The notes: generated from the sequence alone by a model not told the origin. Shown: positions 28,557 through 38,930, counted from the first letter of the stretch. The stretch: DNA of 64,000 bases from Alphaproteobacteria bacterium (GCA_017559525.1 JAFYRI010000009.1:82148-146147), one strand, 5' to 3'. Made by a program: numbers and translations.

Positions 28557-30053
28557 TTATTTTCTTCTTTTTATGCAAAAAACAATGATAATTAATGACA
28601 ATAATAAAATAGGATAAGGTCCCGTTTTTGCATAAACGGTAGCGGGTAAGGCTTTTGGTAGAGGTCCATCGACAACGCCCGTTTCCCCTAAATCTAAAGA
28701 GGCAACAATACGTCCATACCCATCGATAATTGCTGAAATGCCATTATTGGCGGCTCGCACCATAGGCAATCCTTCTTCAATCGCGCGTAATCTGGCCATA
28801 TCAAAATGTTGATATGGGCCAGCTGATAATCCATACCATGCATCGTTGGAAACGTTAATCATCCATGATGGGCGTTTATCGCGACGTATAACTTGACTGG
28901 AAAAAATGGCTTCATAACACACCAAAGGACTGGCAGGAGGAGCTTTGGGAATATACATTGTTTTTAATCCGTTGCCCTTTTGCAAATCTCCACCAATAGG
29001 AACTATTTTATCTAATGGAATAATGTCCCTAAAAGGTATATATTCACCAAATGGAACTAAATGAGATTTATCGTAGTATCCTTTAATATCGGCTAAATCA
29101 TCTAATACAAAAATGCTATTGGCTAGTTGACGTCTTTGTGGGTTAGCTCCTCTTAATCCACCAGTGATTAAAGTTCCACCTTGCCTGACGGCACCCATCA
29201 TACGTAATCGTTCGCTTTCGTCTTGGTCAATTAAAAAGTGAACAGCCGCTTCTGGCCAAATAACATGTGTGATTTTTTCATTGTTTTCACGAGATAAACG
29301 CAATATTTTTGAATAATTTTCATCCGCGGCATTAGGGTCCCATTTTAATGTTTGGGCAATGTTTGGTTGAACAAGGCGTAAACTAATTCCCCAAACTTTA
29401 TCATCTGTAGCGTCATATAAACGCCATGCGCCAAATAATGTAATAACAATGATTGAGCATCCTGCAATTAGTATCGGTTTCCATTTTGGTAAAAAAGCAC
29501 CGCTGCTGCATACCAAAATAGTGATAAAAGATAATCCGTAAATACCAATTATACTGGTCGTCTGTAAAATAGGTAGAATATTTCCCCAACATGAGCCGAT
29601 TAAATTCCATGGAAAGCCAGTAAAAATCCAACTGCGAATCCATTCAAAAACAACGAACCAAGCCGCAAAAGCTAAAAATCTACGCCACCCCGTTACATAT
29701 AAAGATGCAAGTAAAGTTGGTAGTGCATAAAAAATGCTAAATAATAATCCCATACCAAGTAAGCAAAATGGTATAGCCCAAGCAACTGAACCATTGTCAA
29801 TCATTAGGGCATTTCCAAGCCACGCCATGGAGGTGGTTCCGAAACCAAATCCAAATGCAGCGGCATATAATCCAGCACGCCAACATTTAGTAGCGTGATT
29901 TATTTGATGAAACAGTACAGATAGCCCTACGCATAAAAAAGGCACAATATAATAAGGTGCCATAGCAAAGGCTGATAATATACCTAAAGCACATAGCATG
30001 GCGATTTTTTGCTTTTCCGTTTTGAATGCAATCAGATGGATATATTTTTTCAT
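28557..30053 (-). CDS. lnt: Apolipoprotein N-acyltransferase
   Basis: FTGFPWN, VQPNI, WPEAA, YDKSHLVPFGEY, VCYEAIF, NDAWYG, RAANNGIS. Start taken at MKKYIH. Confidence 0.95.
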   Translation of the reverse strand: MKKYIHLIAFKTEKQKIAMLCALGILSAFAMAPYYIVPFLCVGLSVLFHQINHATKCWRAGLYAAAFGFGFGTTSMAWLGNALMIDNGSVAWAIPFCLLGMGLLFSIFYALPTLLASLYVTGWRRFLAFAAWFVVFEWIRSWIFTGFPWNLIGSCWGNILPILQTTSIIGIYGLSFITILVCSSGAFLPKWKPILIAGCSIIVITLFGAWRLYDATDDKVWGISLRLVQPNIAQTLKWDPNAADENYSKILRLSRENNEKITHVIWPEAAVHFLIDQDESERLRMMGAVRQGGTLITGGLRGANPQRRQLANSIFVLDDLADIKGYYDKSHLVPFGEYIPFRDIIPLDKIVPIGGDLQKGNGLKTMYIPKAPPASPLVCYEAIFSSQVIRRDKRPSWMINVSNDAWYGLSAGPYQHFDMARLRAIEEGLPMVRAANNGISAIIDGYGRIVASLDLGETGVVDGPLPKALPATVYAKTGPYPILLLSLIIIVFCIKRRK

Positions 30054-30171
30054 GAAGTTTCCTTTCGGTCGGTACTTTACCACAAATAATGGGTGAATTC
30101 AACCTTGCAAGAATAAAAAAAATCGGGTATTATACGTTTATTGATTGATGTTTAAAAAAGGAGAATTCCTC

Positions 30172-31245
30172 ATGAAAAAAATATTATCTGCATTGTTGAT
30201 GTTTACGGCATTTAGTGCCAGTGCCGAATATGTGATTAATGATGGTGAACGTGTTCGTTTAGGGGTAGGGGGCTATGTACGCTCTTTTACCGGTCAAATG
30301 GAACATTTTCAATATAATAATGCGATGAAGTCAGAAGGGTATATTAAACCTTATTTTGATGTAAATGATGATATTACTTTGACGGGTAAAATTGCTGGAC
30401 GTTGGATTTTGGATGACAGATTTCCGGATCAAAATAAATTTAAAATGTATGATGTCTATGGGACTATTAAATCCAAAACATTTGGTACATTGGATTTTGG
30501 GGATTTAAGAAATGTTGCTTACTTAATGCATCAAGGTCCGGTGGATGTTGGGTTGTTTGATATTGATGATTCTGATATTTCATATTTTTATGAACGTCCC
30601 AGTGGATTTTTTGCACCAACATTAAGTTATTTGTATACAGATGGTCGTGATTTAAAGGTGAATTATATGACGCCTTCTTTCGGTGGCTTTAAATGGGGTA
30701 TCACTGCCGTTCAATCTGATGATAATAAACCCGATACAATCGCAAATAACAGTGTTAAAATTGATCATGGTAAAGGTGTGATTACTTCGGTACAATATAA
30801 ACAAGATTTTGAATGGGTAAATGTGGGGGCTTCGGCTGGTTTTGCGTATTACCATAATGATAAATATTTCTTTAAAAATAAAGAAGATAATGGTAATCAC
30901 AATGAATATAGTTTGGGGTTACGTTTAGAAAAAAATGATTTTTCTGTGGGAGCCTCTTATCGTCAAATGATGTTTCAAAAGAATTTAGGTATCGATGATA
31001 CACATACTTGGGTGATTGGTACAGCCTATGACGGTGAAAAATATGGTATCAGTTTGAATTACTTGCATTCAGATGGTGATTTTAATGAGAAAAATACCTA
31101 TACACACTTAATGTTGTCAGGTCGTTATACCATTAACAAATATTTAAAAGCAACTTTATCAACGGGTCGTTTAACGTGGGATAAGGAAACGTCTGCAAAA
31201 ACTGATAGCTGGTTCGGTCTTGCTGGATTAGAATTTGAAATTTAA
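30172..31245 (+). CDS. Outer-membrane porin
   Basis: Signal peptide ending ASA, FGTLDFG, KVNYMTPSFGGF, amphipathic beta strands, terminal GLEFEI; AAAAGGAG RBS. Confidence 0.8.
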   Translation: MKKILSALLMFTAFSASAEYVINDGERVRLGVGGYVRSFTGQMEHFQYNNAMKSEGYIKPYFDVNDDITLTGKIAGRWILDDRFPDQNKFKMYDVYGTIKSKTFGTLDFGDLRNVAYLMHQGPVDVGLFDIDDSDISYFYERPSGFFAPTLSYLYTDGRDLKVNYMTPSFGGFKWGITAVQSDDNKPDTIANNSVKIDHGKGVITSVQYKQDFEWVNVGASAGFAYYHNDKYFFKNKEDNGNHNEYSLGLRLEKNDFSVGASYRQMMFQKNLGIDDTHTWVIGTAYDGEKYGISLNYLHSDGDFNEKNTYTHLMLSGRYTINKYLKATLSTGRLTWDKETSAKTDSWFGLAGLEFEI

Positions 31246-31280
31246 TTAGATAGTCTTTTTTTCTTATTTAGATTGACTGT

Positions 31281-31608
31281 ATAAAAAATCCCCTCTCGGG
31301 AGAGAGGGGGGAGGCGTCAGCCTTAATAATTTTCAGCACGGATTTGGAAGTATGATTTTGGATGGTCGCATACTGGGCAAATTTTAAGGTCTTTCTTGCC
31401 AATAACGATATGACAACAGTTGGCACATTGCAAAATTGTGTCGCCTTCACGAGAAAATGCGATGACTTCTTTGATATCTGATTAAATTGTTCGTTATAAG
31501 GGATTTCTATATCAAATAACTGATGACATTCATCACAATGAAAGTGATAATGTTTGTGTATTTGATAATCAAAATGGTTAGCTCCATTTGGTACGCGAAT
31601 GCGTAAAA
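31281..31608 (-). pseudogene. Decayed duplicate of fur (internal part) joined to rubrerythrin 3' end and terminator
   Basis: 31281-31477 resembles 35113-35316 and 31481-31608 resembles 35812-35939; the two parts are joined out of frame and lack a start. Confidence 0.85.
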
Positions 31609-31692
31609 AATACCAGATTCTTCAAAGTGGCTAATGTGGCAAGATATTTAAGAAATTAAATAAATGCACAATCTATTATCCAATAATTAATT

Positions 31693-31726
31693 AATAAAAA
31701 ACTCTCTAAACAGAGAGTTTTTTATT
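31693..31726. terminator. Bidirectional-type intrinsic terminator
   Basis: AATAAAAAACTCTCT / AGAGAGTTTTTTATT. Confidence 0.75.
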
Positions 31727-31743
31727 TGTTGTACATAACTAAC

Positions 31744-32928
31744 TTAATTCCAGAAAAGATCTGCATTTTCATCACACCACGCATCGCACGGATTTGTGGT
31801 TGTTTCTGTTGTTTCTGTTGTTTGCTCTGGAGATGTTGTTTCTATCGTTGTCGATATCGTTGTTGTTTCTGTCGTTGTCGTCATCTCTGTTGACGTTGAG
31901 CTTGGTGTCGTTGTTATCGTTATAGGAGAAGTTGTGTGCGTTGAGGTAATCGTTGTATCTGTCATTGTCGACATCATCGTTGTATCTGTCGTTGTCAACA
32001 TCGTTGTTGTATCTGTTGTTGTTGACATCGGAGAAGTTGTGTGCATTGAGGTAGTCGTTGTATCTGTCATTGTTGACATCGTCGTTGTATCTGTCGTTGT
32101 CGACATCGGAGATGTTGTATGCGTTGAGGTAGTCGTTGTATCTGTCGTTGTCGACATCGGAGTAGTTGTGTGCGTTGAGGTAGTCGTTGTATCTGTCGTT
32201 GTTGACATCGGAGATGTTGTATGCGTTGAGGTAGTCGTTGTATCTGTCGTTGTTGACATCGGAGATGTTGTATGCGTTGAGGTAGTCGTTGTATCTGTCG
32301 TTGTCGACATAGGAGTAGTTGTGTGCGTTGAGGTAGTCGTTGTATCTGTCGTTGTTGACATCGGAGATGTTGTATGCGTTGAGGTAGTCGTTGTATCTGT
32401 CGTTGTCGACATCGGAGTAGTTGTGTGCGTTGAGGTAGTCGTTGTATCTGTCGTTGTCGACATCGGAGAAGTTGTGTGCGTTGAGGTAGTCGTCGTATGC
32501 GTTGTCGTCATCGGAGTTGTTGTTGCTGTTTCCATAACTGTACCTGGGATCATCGTATATGTTACCGCTGCTTTTCGTGTTGTTGTTACCATAGACCTAG
32601 CTTTTCCCTGTTCATTATTTTCTACTATGTCTTCAACAAACCTTGAAGGACAATTACTTGCACTAGCTGAATTTGTACCAGATCTGGTATATAACTTACA
32701 TCCAGTGGATGTAAAAACAACACATTGCGAATAAGAACAGTTTTTAACTCCTGATGAGCTTGAACTAGATGATATTGCTGGATTGTATTCACATTCTACA
32801 TAATCTCTACAATATTTAGCCGCCATTAAAGGATGAGATAAAAACATCACACTCAAAAATGTACCTATCACTTTTAATGTCACTGTATGTGCACAATATT
32901 GGTTCGCATTCGCTTTCAATTTATTCAT
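31744..32928 (-). CDS. Secreted protein with small Cys-rich head and mucin-like Thr-rich stalk
   Basis: Signal-like FLSVMFLSHPLMA, 6-Cys N-domain, long Thr/Ser repeat, C-terminal CxxWC. Confidence 0.7.
   Translation of the reverse strand: MNKLKANANQYCAHTVTLKVIGTFLSVMFLSHPLMAAKYCRDYVECEYNPAISSSSSSSGVKNCSYSQCVVFTSTGCKLYTRSGTNSASASNCPSRFVEDIVENNEQGKARSMVTTTRKAAVTYTMIPGTVMETATTTPMTTTHTTTTSTHTTSPMSTTTDTTTTSTHTTTPMSTTTDTTTTSTHTTSPMSTTTDTTTTSTHTTTPMSTTTDTTTTSTHTTSPMSTTTDTTTTSTHTTSPMSTTTDTTTTSTHTTTPMSTTTDTTTTSTHTTSPMSTTTDTTTMSTMTDTTTTSMHTTSPMSTTTDTTTMLTTTDTTMMSTMTDTTITSTHTTSPITITTTPSSTSTEMTTTTETTTISTTIETTSPEQTTETTETTTNPCDAWCDENADLFWN
31920..32520. repeat. 51-bp coding tandem repeat (STHTTSPMSTTTDTTTT)
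   Basis: GACATCGGA-type unit recurs at 32102, 32153, 32204 ... 32459 (about 8 copies) plus degenerate copies. Confidence 0.9.
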
Positions 32929-32986
32929 ATGTATTTTCCTTCTAAAAAATGAATAACTATCCTTATATAAGTATTACTATCTATTC

Positions 32987-34969
32987 TTAACGCCTTTTGC
33001 AATAATTATAACATTCATGATTTACCCGAGGATCTAAAGTCGTCGTTTCCGGCGTTGTCGTTTCTGGCGTTGTCGTTTCTGATCCTTGTGGAGATGTTGT
33101 CTCACTACCTTCAGGAGATGTTGTTTCACTACCTTCAGGAGATGTTGTCTCACTACCTTCAGGAGATGTTGTCTCACTACCTTCAGGAGACGTTGTCTCA
33201 CTACCTTCAGGAGACGTTGTCTCTGTGCCATATGGTGTTATTGTTTCTGGAGTACTTGTTTCAAGAGGCAACGTAGTCATCCCCACGCATGCAGGATGGT
33301 CGTCTCCAGGTTGACAACAAATTTGACCATCCGACCCCAAATCAACAACATTTGATTCTGAACAACAAACGGGCACACCATCTGCATTAGGACAAGCTAA
33401 ATCACAACATTGCCCCTGTTTAGACGGATAGTTTTTATAGCAGTTTCCTGGCTGAGGGTTCTCCTCATCAAACGGATTACCAACACCACTACATCCATTA
33501 GGAGCATTGGATGAGTTATCACAACAAGTATGAGCCATTGGATACGCATTTCCACAATTATCTATATAAAGTGGATTTGCTTCACAAGTTCCACAATCAT
33601 ACCAAGCATTTCCTGTTGTACAACACCCACCATTACGCATTGGTACACCACCATCAGGACAAGGGAGTTCTGGAACACATTCCAAGACTTCTTTGGGTTT
33701 AGAAGATATAGCACCACCATTAGTGCCGGAGATAGGATTATCACTACTGTCACGGCTAAATTGTTTTAAGATATCTACTCCATCTGTTTTCGTATCAATT
33801 TCAACAAGTTCGCTACCCAAACAAACTTGGGTATATGGATCATAAAAATCTTCGCCATAGTATCCCGGGAAACAAGATGGACATTTTTGTTGCCACTTTG
33901 TATTAGGTATATTCATTGGTTCATCATCGCAATAAGAAACTAGAGCGCAACGTTCTAAAATTTCCAAAGCACAATACGGATACTTTCCTTCTTTTTCCCC
34001 CGTCATAGGAATTTCTCTATCTCGACTAGGAGAAGTATTATCTGTATCCAATAAATTGGTTGTTGGATCTTGCATTAATTCAGCACTTGTACATGCCCAT
34101 TCAATACATTTTGTTCCCCAAATGCATATTTTTTGTGTTGTGCCAGAAGCTAAGGATATAGTTGTACATTGGTAAGCAACCGCCTCGTCTTGAGCGCAAT
34201 ACAGTTTTTGACCACTAGGGCAAACGTGTGTTGTTTCCGGTTCTGTCATTACAATATCTGTTTTTATAACATCAGATGTAACATTTGTTGAAACGATATC
34301 TGACATTAATATAGTATTGGATGTATAAAGAACTTCGGTATTTTCAACACAACACCCCATAATACACATTTCACCATGAAAACAATCGTCATCTATTCTA
34401 CAGCGGTTTATTTCGGGACAAGCAGGAGAGGTCGTTTCGGCTTCTGGTTGTATTGCGTTGTTTTCCCATGAATCATCAATATAGAAAATCATTGTATTGA
34501 TAGTTTCATTTTGGCAGACATCTGAGGCGTTGGTATCTTTTTTTTCATATGAAACATTATTAACATCAATGTCAAACAAGCCGATATTGTTATCAAATGT
34601 CATTTGACATACACGTTTTACAACATTGTCAACTTGAATACCGACAGTTGTTTTGCCATCTTCATTCGTTGTTGGTGTACTAGGTGCCAATCCAATCGGA
34701 TAGCCAATTAAGCTTCTGTTTTTAAATTTAGTTAAATTTATATCTCTTTTACGACGATCTAGTTGGTTTTTAATATCCACAGCCCGTTGCAATAACTCAC
34801 GACTTAATGTATTGGAACGATATTTATCTATTGCCCAACTGTATCCGTTTAAAGCACCCATAGATAAAATACCAATCAAAATTAATATACCGAGCATTTC
34901 TGTTATACTGCGACCAGATTGGTTCATTTTTGTTTTTTGAAATGAGTTATTTAACCAACTGAATTCCAT
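32987..34969 (-). CDS. Pilin-like N-terminus, Cys-rich extracellular protein with ETTSPEGS repeats
   Basis: NQSG-RSITEMLGILILIGILSMGA; many Cys/CC motifs; start set at MEFSW (AAGGGA RBS). Confidence 0.7.
   Translation of the reverse strand: MEFSWLNNSFQKTKMNQSGRSITEMLGILILIGILSMGALNGYSWAIDKYRSNTLSRELLQRAVDIKNQLDRRKRDINLTKFKNRSLIGYPIGLAPSTPTTNEDGKTTVGIQVDNVVKRVCQMTFDNNIGLFDIDVNNVSYEKKDTNASDVCQNETINTMIFYIDDSWENNAIQPEAETTSPACPEINRCRIDDDCFHGEMCIMGCCVENTEVLYTSNTILMSDIVSTNVTSDVIKTDIVMTEPETTHVCPSGQKLYCAQDEAVAYQCTTISLASGTTQKICIWGTKCIEWACTSAELMQDPTTNLLDTDNTSPSRDREIPMTGEKEGKYPYCALEILERCALVSYCDDEPMNIPNTKWQQKCPSCFPGYYGEDFYDPYTQVCLGSELVEIDTKTDGVDILKQFSRDSSDNPISGTNGGAISSKPKEVLECVPELPCPDGGVPMRNGGCCTTGNAWYDCGTCEANPLYIDNCGNAYPMAHTCCDNSSNAPNGCSGVGNPFDEENPQPGNCYKNYPSKQGQCCDLACPNADGVPVCCSESNVVDLGSDGQICCQPGDDHPACVGMTTLPLETSTPETITPYGTETTSPEGSETTSPEGSETTSPEGSETTSPEGSETTSPEGSETTSPQGSETTTPETTTPETTTLDPRVNHECYNYCKRR
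33039..33224. repeat. 24-bp (ETTSPEGS) and 15-bp (ETTTP) coding tandem repeats
   Basis: GGAGATGTTGTCTCACTACCTTCA-type unit at 33090, 33114, 33138, 33162, 33186, partial at 33210. Confidence 0.9.
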
Positions 34970-35112
34970 CCTATTTCCCTTTCTTTTGGGTTGTTGTGAA
35001 AAAAACAATAGTTTATTAGCGTATCAAGTCTCAAAAACATGATTTTTTTATAATATGCCATATATTTTTTTTTAAATCAACCATAAATCAGAGAATAATT
35101 TTGTTTTTTTAC

Positions 35113-35142
35113 ATAAAAAATCCCCTCTCGGGAGAGAGGGGG
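35113..35142 (-). terminator. Terminator after rubrerythrin (copy at 31281-31310)
   Basis: Minus strand CCCCTCTC-TCCC-GAGAGGGG-ATTTTTT. Confidence 0.75.
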
Positions 35143-35161
35143 GTGGGTTTTACCGTCAGCC

Positions 35162-35710
35162 TTAATAATTTTCGGCACGGATTTGGAAGTATGATTTTGG
35201 ATGGTCGCATACTGGGCAAATTTCAGGGGCTTTCTTGCCAATAACGATATGACCACAGTTGCCACATTGCCAAATTGTATCGCCTTCACGAGAAAATACG
35301 ATGCCTTCTTTGATATTAGCAACTAATCTGCGATATCTTTCCTCGTGTTCTTTTTCGATTTTGCCAACCATTTCAAAGAGCTTAGCGATTTTTGTGAAGC
35401 CTTCTTCACGAGCTGTTTTGGCAAAACCATCATACATATCTGTCCATTCATAGTTTTCACCAGCAGCGGCATCTTCTAAGTTGGTGATTGTATCTGGGAT
35501 GCCACCATCATGTAATAATTTAAACCAAATTTTTGCATGTTCTTTTTCGTTGTTGGCAGTTTCTTCAAACAAGTTAGCGATTTGAACATAGCCATCTTTT
35601 TTTGCTTTGGAGGCATAATATGTATATTTGTTTCTGGCTTGAGATTCACCAGCGAATGCTGCCCAGAGGTTAGCTTCAGTTTTAGATCCTTTTAATGGTT
35701 TGTCTGTCAT
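35162..35710 (-). CDS. rbr: Rubrerythrin
   Basis: [30 protein letters not shown]-terminal CxxC...CPVC rubredoxin domain. Confidence 0.95.
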   Translation of the reverse strand: MTDKPLKGSKTEANLWAAFAGESQARNKYTYYASKAKKDGYVQIANLFEETANNEKEHAKIWFKLLHDGGIPDTITNLEDAAAGENYEWTDMYDGFAKTAREEGFTKIAKLFEMVGKIEKEHEERYRRLVANIKEGIVFSREGDTIWQCGNCGHIVIGKKAPEICPVCDHPKSYFQIRAENY

Positions 35711-36102
35711 TTTTTCTTTCCTTTGTTGTTAGAGGGGTGGCACTTATCGCAAATGCCATTGAAAGTCAGTGAATGGTTGTTAATTATAAAACCATCGACT
35801 GGGTTAATCTTATTAAAATGTTCGTTATAAGGAATTTCTATATCAAATAACTGGTGACATTCATCACAATGAAAGTGATAATGTTTATGTATTTGATAAT
35901 CAAAATGGTCAGCTCCATTTGGTACACGAATGCGTAAAATATGACCGTCATCAGCTAATTTTGCTAAATTGCGATAAACGGTGGCTTTACTGATAGATGG
36001 ATGAGATTTTGATACATAAGCATACACATCATCGGCGCAAGGATGATTGAGGTAATGTATTGCCTCGGTAATCAATGTCCTTTGAAATGTATTGCGTTTC
36101 AT
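35707..36102 (-). CDS. Fur/PerR family transcriptional repressor
   Basis: [32 protein letters not shown]; co-transcribed with rbr. Confidence 0.9.
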   Translation of the reverse strand: MKRNTFQRTLITEAIHYLNHPCADDVYAYVSKSHPSISKATVYRNLAKLADDGHILRIRVPNGADHFDYQIHKHYHFHCDECHQLFDIEIPYNEHFNKINPVDGFIINNHSLTFNGICDKCHPSNNKGKKK

Positions 36103-36115
36103 AAAAACTCCTTAT

Positions 36116-36165
36116 TGATAATAATTATCATTTAGGATGATATCTTATTATTAAAAATACGTCAA
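36116..36165 (-). promoter_or_regulatory. Perfect Fur box plus sigma70 promoter of fur-rbr
   Basis: TGATAAT-A-ATTATCA (7-1-7) at 36116-36130; minus-strand TTGACG-17 nt-TATCAT at 36165-36137. Confidence 0.85.
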
Positions 36166-36281
36166 GTACTTTTTTTGTTTTTTTGAAAAAAAATATTATA
36201 TTATTAAAATATCAAGAAAATTTTAAATTTTTGTTGCATTTTTTTGTGAAAATAAATATAATTTGCACTTAAAAAAAAGGT

Positions 36282-37670
36282 GTGATTATGATTAAAGATA
36301 TGAGATCGGGTAGTCCGATAAAATTAATTTTGTGGTTTTCTTTGCCGGTATTGTTGGGGAATTTATTTCAACAACTGTATTTAATGAGCGACTTATTACT
36401 GGTGGGACGCTTTTTGGGAATGCATTCGTTGGCTGCTGTCGGAACAATTATGCCTTTTTATGGTGTCTTGATTATGATGAGTTTTGGTTTTACCAGTGGT
36501 CTAAGTATTATTGTTGCGCAGCGTTTAGGAGCAGAAGATTATAAAGGAATTGCTCGTTCATTTGCTGCTGGTATTATTTTGTCTTTTTTATTTTGTTTGT
36601 TTTTAATGATGGTTTTGCCATTTGTTCCGTTGATGCTGGATTTAATGAATGTGCCAGTTGAAATTTTTTCCGATGCTGTTATTTTTATTAACACATTGTT
36701 GTATGGTTGTGTTGCAATGGTGTTTTATAACTATTTGGCAAACGTTTTACGTGCTTTGGGGGATAGTAAAACGCCGCTTTATTTTTTGATTTTTTCTTGC
36801 GTCTTCAATGTGTTGTTGAATGTGTGGTTTATTGTCGGTATGGGAATGGGTGTGCGCGGTTCGGCTTTGGGTAGTGTGATTTCTCAAATTACATCTGTTA
36901 TTTTATGTTCGGGATTGATTTATTGGAAGTTTCCTATTTTGAAATTAACTAAACAAGATTTTTGTATTGCTTGGGATTGGTTGTATGCTCATTTGAGATT
37001 GGCTATCCCAATGACGGTTCAATTTTCGGTTATTGGTTTGGGTGGTGTTATCATTCAAAGTGTTTGTAATACATTTGGAACTTCTGCGATTGCGGCTATG
37101 GCAGCGAGTATTCGGATTGAACAGTTTATTGCTTTGCCTTTGTTTAGTGTTGGTGCAGCAATTGTAACCTTTTCAGCACAAAACTATGGTGCTAAAAAAA
37201 TTAATCGTATTCGTCAAGGTGTTTTTCAAACCTCTGTTTTTTCTTTGGTTCTCAGCTTTATTTTGCCGGTAGTTGTTTATATTTGGGGGGGAGAAATGGT
37301 TCAATTGTTTTTAGAGGAGGCTAATCAAGAAGTGATAGATTTGGCTCATAAATATTTAAAAATTACAACGATATTTTATTGTTTTTTGGGACAAATTTTT
37401 ATTTTTCGTCAAACCTTACAAGGAATGGGTCACTCTATATTGCCAATGTTTTCTGGCTTTGTTGAGTTGTTTATGCGTGGTTTTACAGGCGTTGTTTTGG
37501 CATCGTCATATGGCTATTTAGGATTGTGTTTTGCTAGCCCAGCCGCGTGGGTAGGAGGGTGTGTTATCTTAATTGGTGGATATGTATATGTTTTGCGTCA
37601 CCAACATTATCACAAAACAAAAAAAGAATGTTTAACGTGGTGGCCTAAAAGTTTACTTGTGCGTAAATAA
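36282..37670 (+). CDS. MATE family efflux transporter
   Basis: FSLPVLLGNLFQQLY, LRALGDSKTPLYFL, FSAQNYGAKK; about 12 TM. Confidence 0.92.
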   Translation: MIMIKDMRSGSPIKLILWFSLPVLLGNLFQQLYLMSDLLLVGRFLGMHSLAAVGTIMPFYGVLIMMSFGFTSGLSIIVAQRLGAEDYKGIARSFAAGIILSFLFCLFLMMVLPFVPLMLDLMNVPVEIFSDAVIFINTLLYGCVAMVFYNYLANVLRALGDSKTPLYFLIFSCVFNVLLNVWFIVGMGMGVRGSALGSVISQITSVILCSGLIYWKFPILKLTKQDFCIAWDWLYAHLRLAIPMTVQFSVIGLGGVIIQSVCNTFGTSAIAAMAASIRIEQFIALPLFSVGAAIVTFSAQNYGAKKINRIRQGVFQTSVFSLVLSFILPVVVYIWGGEMVQLFLEEANQEVIDLAHKYLKITTIFYCFLGQIFIFRQTLQGMGHSILPMFSGFVELFMRGFTGVVLASSYGYLGLCFASPAAWVGGCVILIGGYVYVLRHQHYHKTKKECLTWWPKSLLVRK

Positions 37671-37673
37671 TCT

Positions 37674-38024
37674 TTAATCTATTCGTTGGTTAACTCGTTG
37701 AAATTGATGCGAAAATTCACGCCATTTTTTGAGAGGCATTTGTGTGATTGTGCGTTGTTCGTTATTAAACAATTGAGCGCTCATTTGAACTTCGGATCTG
37801 CATCCTGTTTGATTTGTGGCAACATATTCGGCTGTTTTGCGATAGCCGTCTGTATCAATAAAGTAAATCATACCATTTGGTATTTCGGCAGTTGCAATTA
37901 AATGACCAGTTTTATCACCCTCGTTAAACCATAAAATATCTTTATCTTTGAATTGGTTGTTAATATAAAACGCAGCACTGCTAATAATAGAAAAACACAT
38001 TAATTTATGTAAAATATTGTCCAT
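37674..38024 (-). CDS. Hypothetical exported protein (paralog of next gene)
   Basis: N-terminal hydrophobic stretch; YFIDTDxxxKTAEYV...QMPLxxWR shared with 38042-38416. Confidence 0.6.
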   Translation of the reverse strand: MDNILHKLMCFSIISSAAFYINNQFKDKDILWFNEGDKTGHLIATAEIPNGMIYFIDTDGYRKTAEYVATNQTGCRSEVQMSAQLFNNEQRTITQMPLKKWREFSHQFQRVNQRID

Positions 38025-38041
38025 TTGAATTCCTTTATATA

Positions 38042-38416
38042 TTAATCATGAACGCGTTCAAATAAGATTGAATGTGAACGCCATCCGGCAAGAGGCATTT
38101 GAAAAGATGTTTTGTCTGTGTGATTTAAAATTTTAGCCTTTAATTGGATGTCTGATGTTTCACCAATTTCGGTTGTTAAAACATATTCGGCCGTTTTTAA
38201 ATTTTTATCTGTATCAATAAAATAGTATGTTTTATCGTTTTCTGTTGTTGATTTGATTAATGTTCCGATGGTGCCTCTATTTTTTAACGAAAGACTTTCA
38301 CGTTTGTCGCAACATTGAATTGTGATGCCGACAAGAGCACCTAAAAAAGCCAATGTACATAGACATCCAGTTGATTTTGAATCCATAATATTCTCCTTAG
38401 TTTTTGTTTGGCGCAT
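38042..38416 (-). CDS. Hypothetical exported protein, possible lipoprotein (paralog of previous gene)
   Basis: LAFLGALVGITIQCC; YFIDTDKNLKTAEYV; likely start MDSK after AAGGAG. Confidence 0.6.
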   Translation of the reverse strand: MRQTKTKENIMDSKSTGCLCTLAFLGALVGITIQCCDKRESLSLKNRGTIGTLIKSTTENDKTYYFIDTDKNLKTAEYVLTTEIGETSDIQLKAKILNHTDKTSFQMPLAGWRSHSILFERVHD

Positions 38417-38505
38417 TATAGTAAAAAAAACTGTTTATTGTCAAGTTTTTTTATAAAAAATATCTTGCAATTTGATTGGATGGTGTGTATAATGTTTCTT
38501 AATTG

Positions 38506-38581
<76 letters not shown>

Positions 38582-38586
38582 TTTAT

Positions 38587-38617
38587 AAAAAGAGGATGTT
38601 TCTATCCTCTTTTTTTT
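38587..38617 (+). terminator. Terminator after tRNA-Lys
   Basis: AAAAAGAGGAT / ATCCTCTTTTTTTT. Confidence 0.75.
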
Positions 38618-38930
38618 GTGCCTTGATGAGGCCTCAAAAGCCCAGTGTTTGCGGGGTTTGTGAGATTCGGTATTTCATTTATGATGTGAGCACATAAACC
38701 ACCGCCAAGAGATTTTTTATTAAAATCACGAAAAATAGATACTTTTGGATTGACCTCGTCCAAAACAAAAAACGCCTATTTTAGGTGCTTTTCTTACCAC
38801 CCAACCTCGCACCCTATATCCATCACCAGACTACAGTTGCGAACCACAGGCCACTTGGGGTAATGACATCTTGTATCAAAAATCTGATAGTTTGAATTTT
38901 ACGTTGTTTTATTTGGTATACTTCTTTAAA

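Noticed and set aside
31268-31450. 60-aa ORF similar to the 81-aa ORF at 35077-35322
   Set aside because: Both are shifted-frame readings of the rubrerythrin 3' end; the similarity reflects the DNA duplication.
31796-32734. 312-aa Val-rich ORF on + strand
   Set aside because: Antisense shadow of the Thr-repeat gene; no RBS or independent features.
31920-33224. Tandem repeats as a possible CRISPR array (also 47118-47627)
   Set aside because: Unit lengths are multiples of 3, lie inside ORFs and have no unique spacers; no cas genes.
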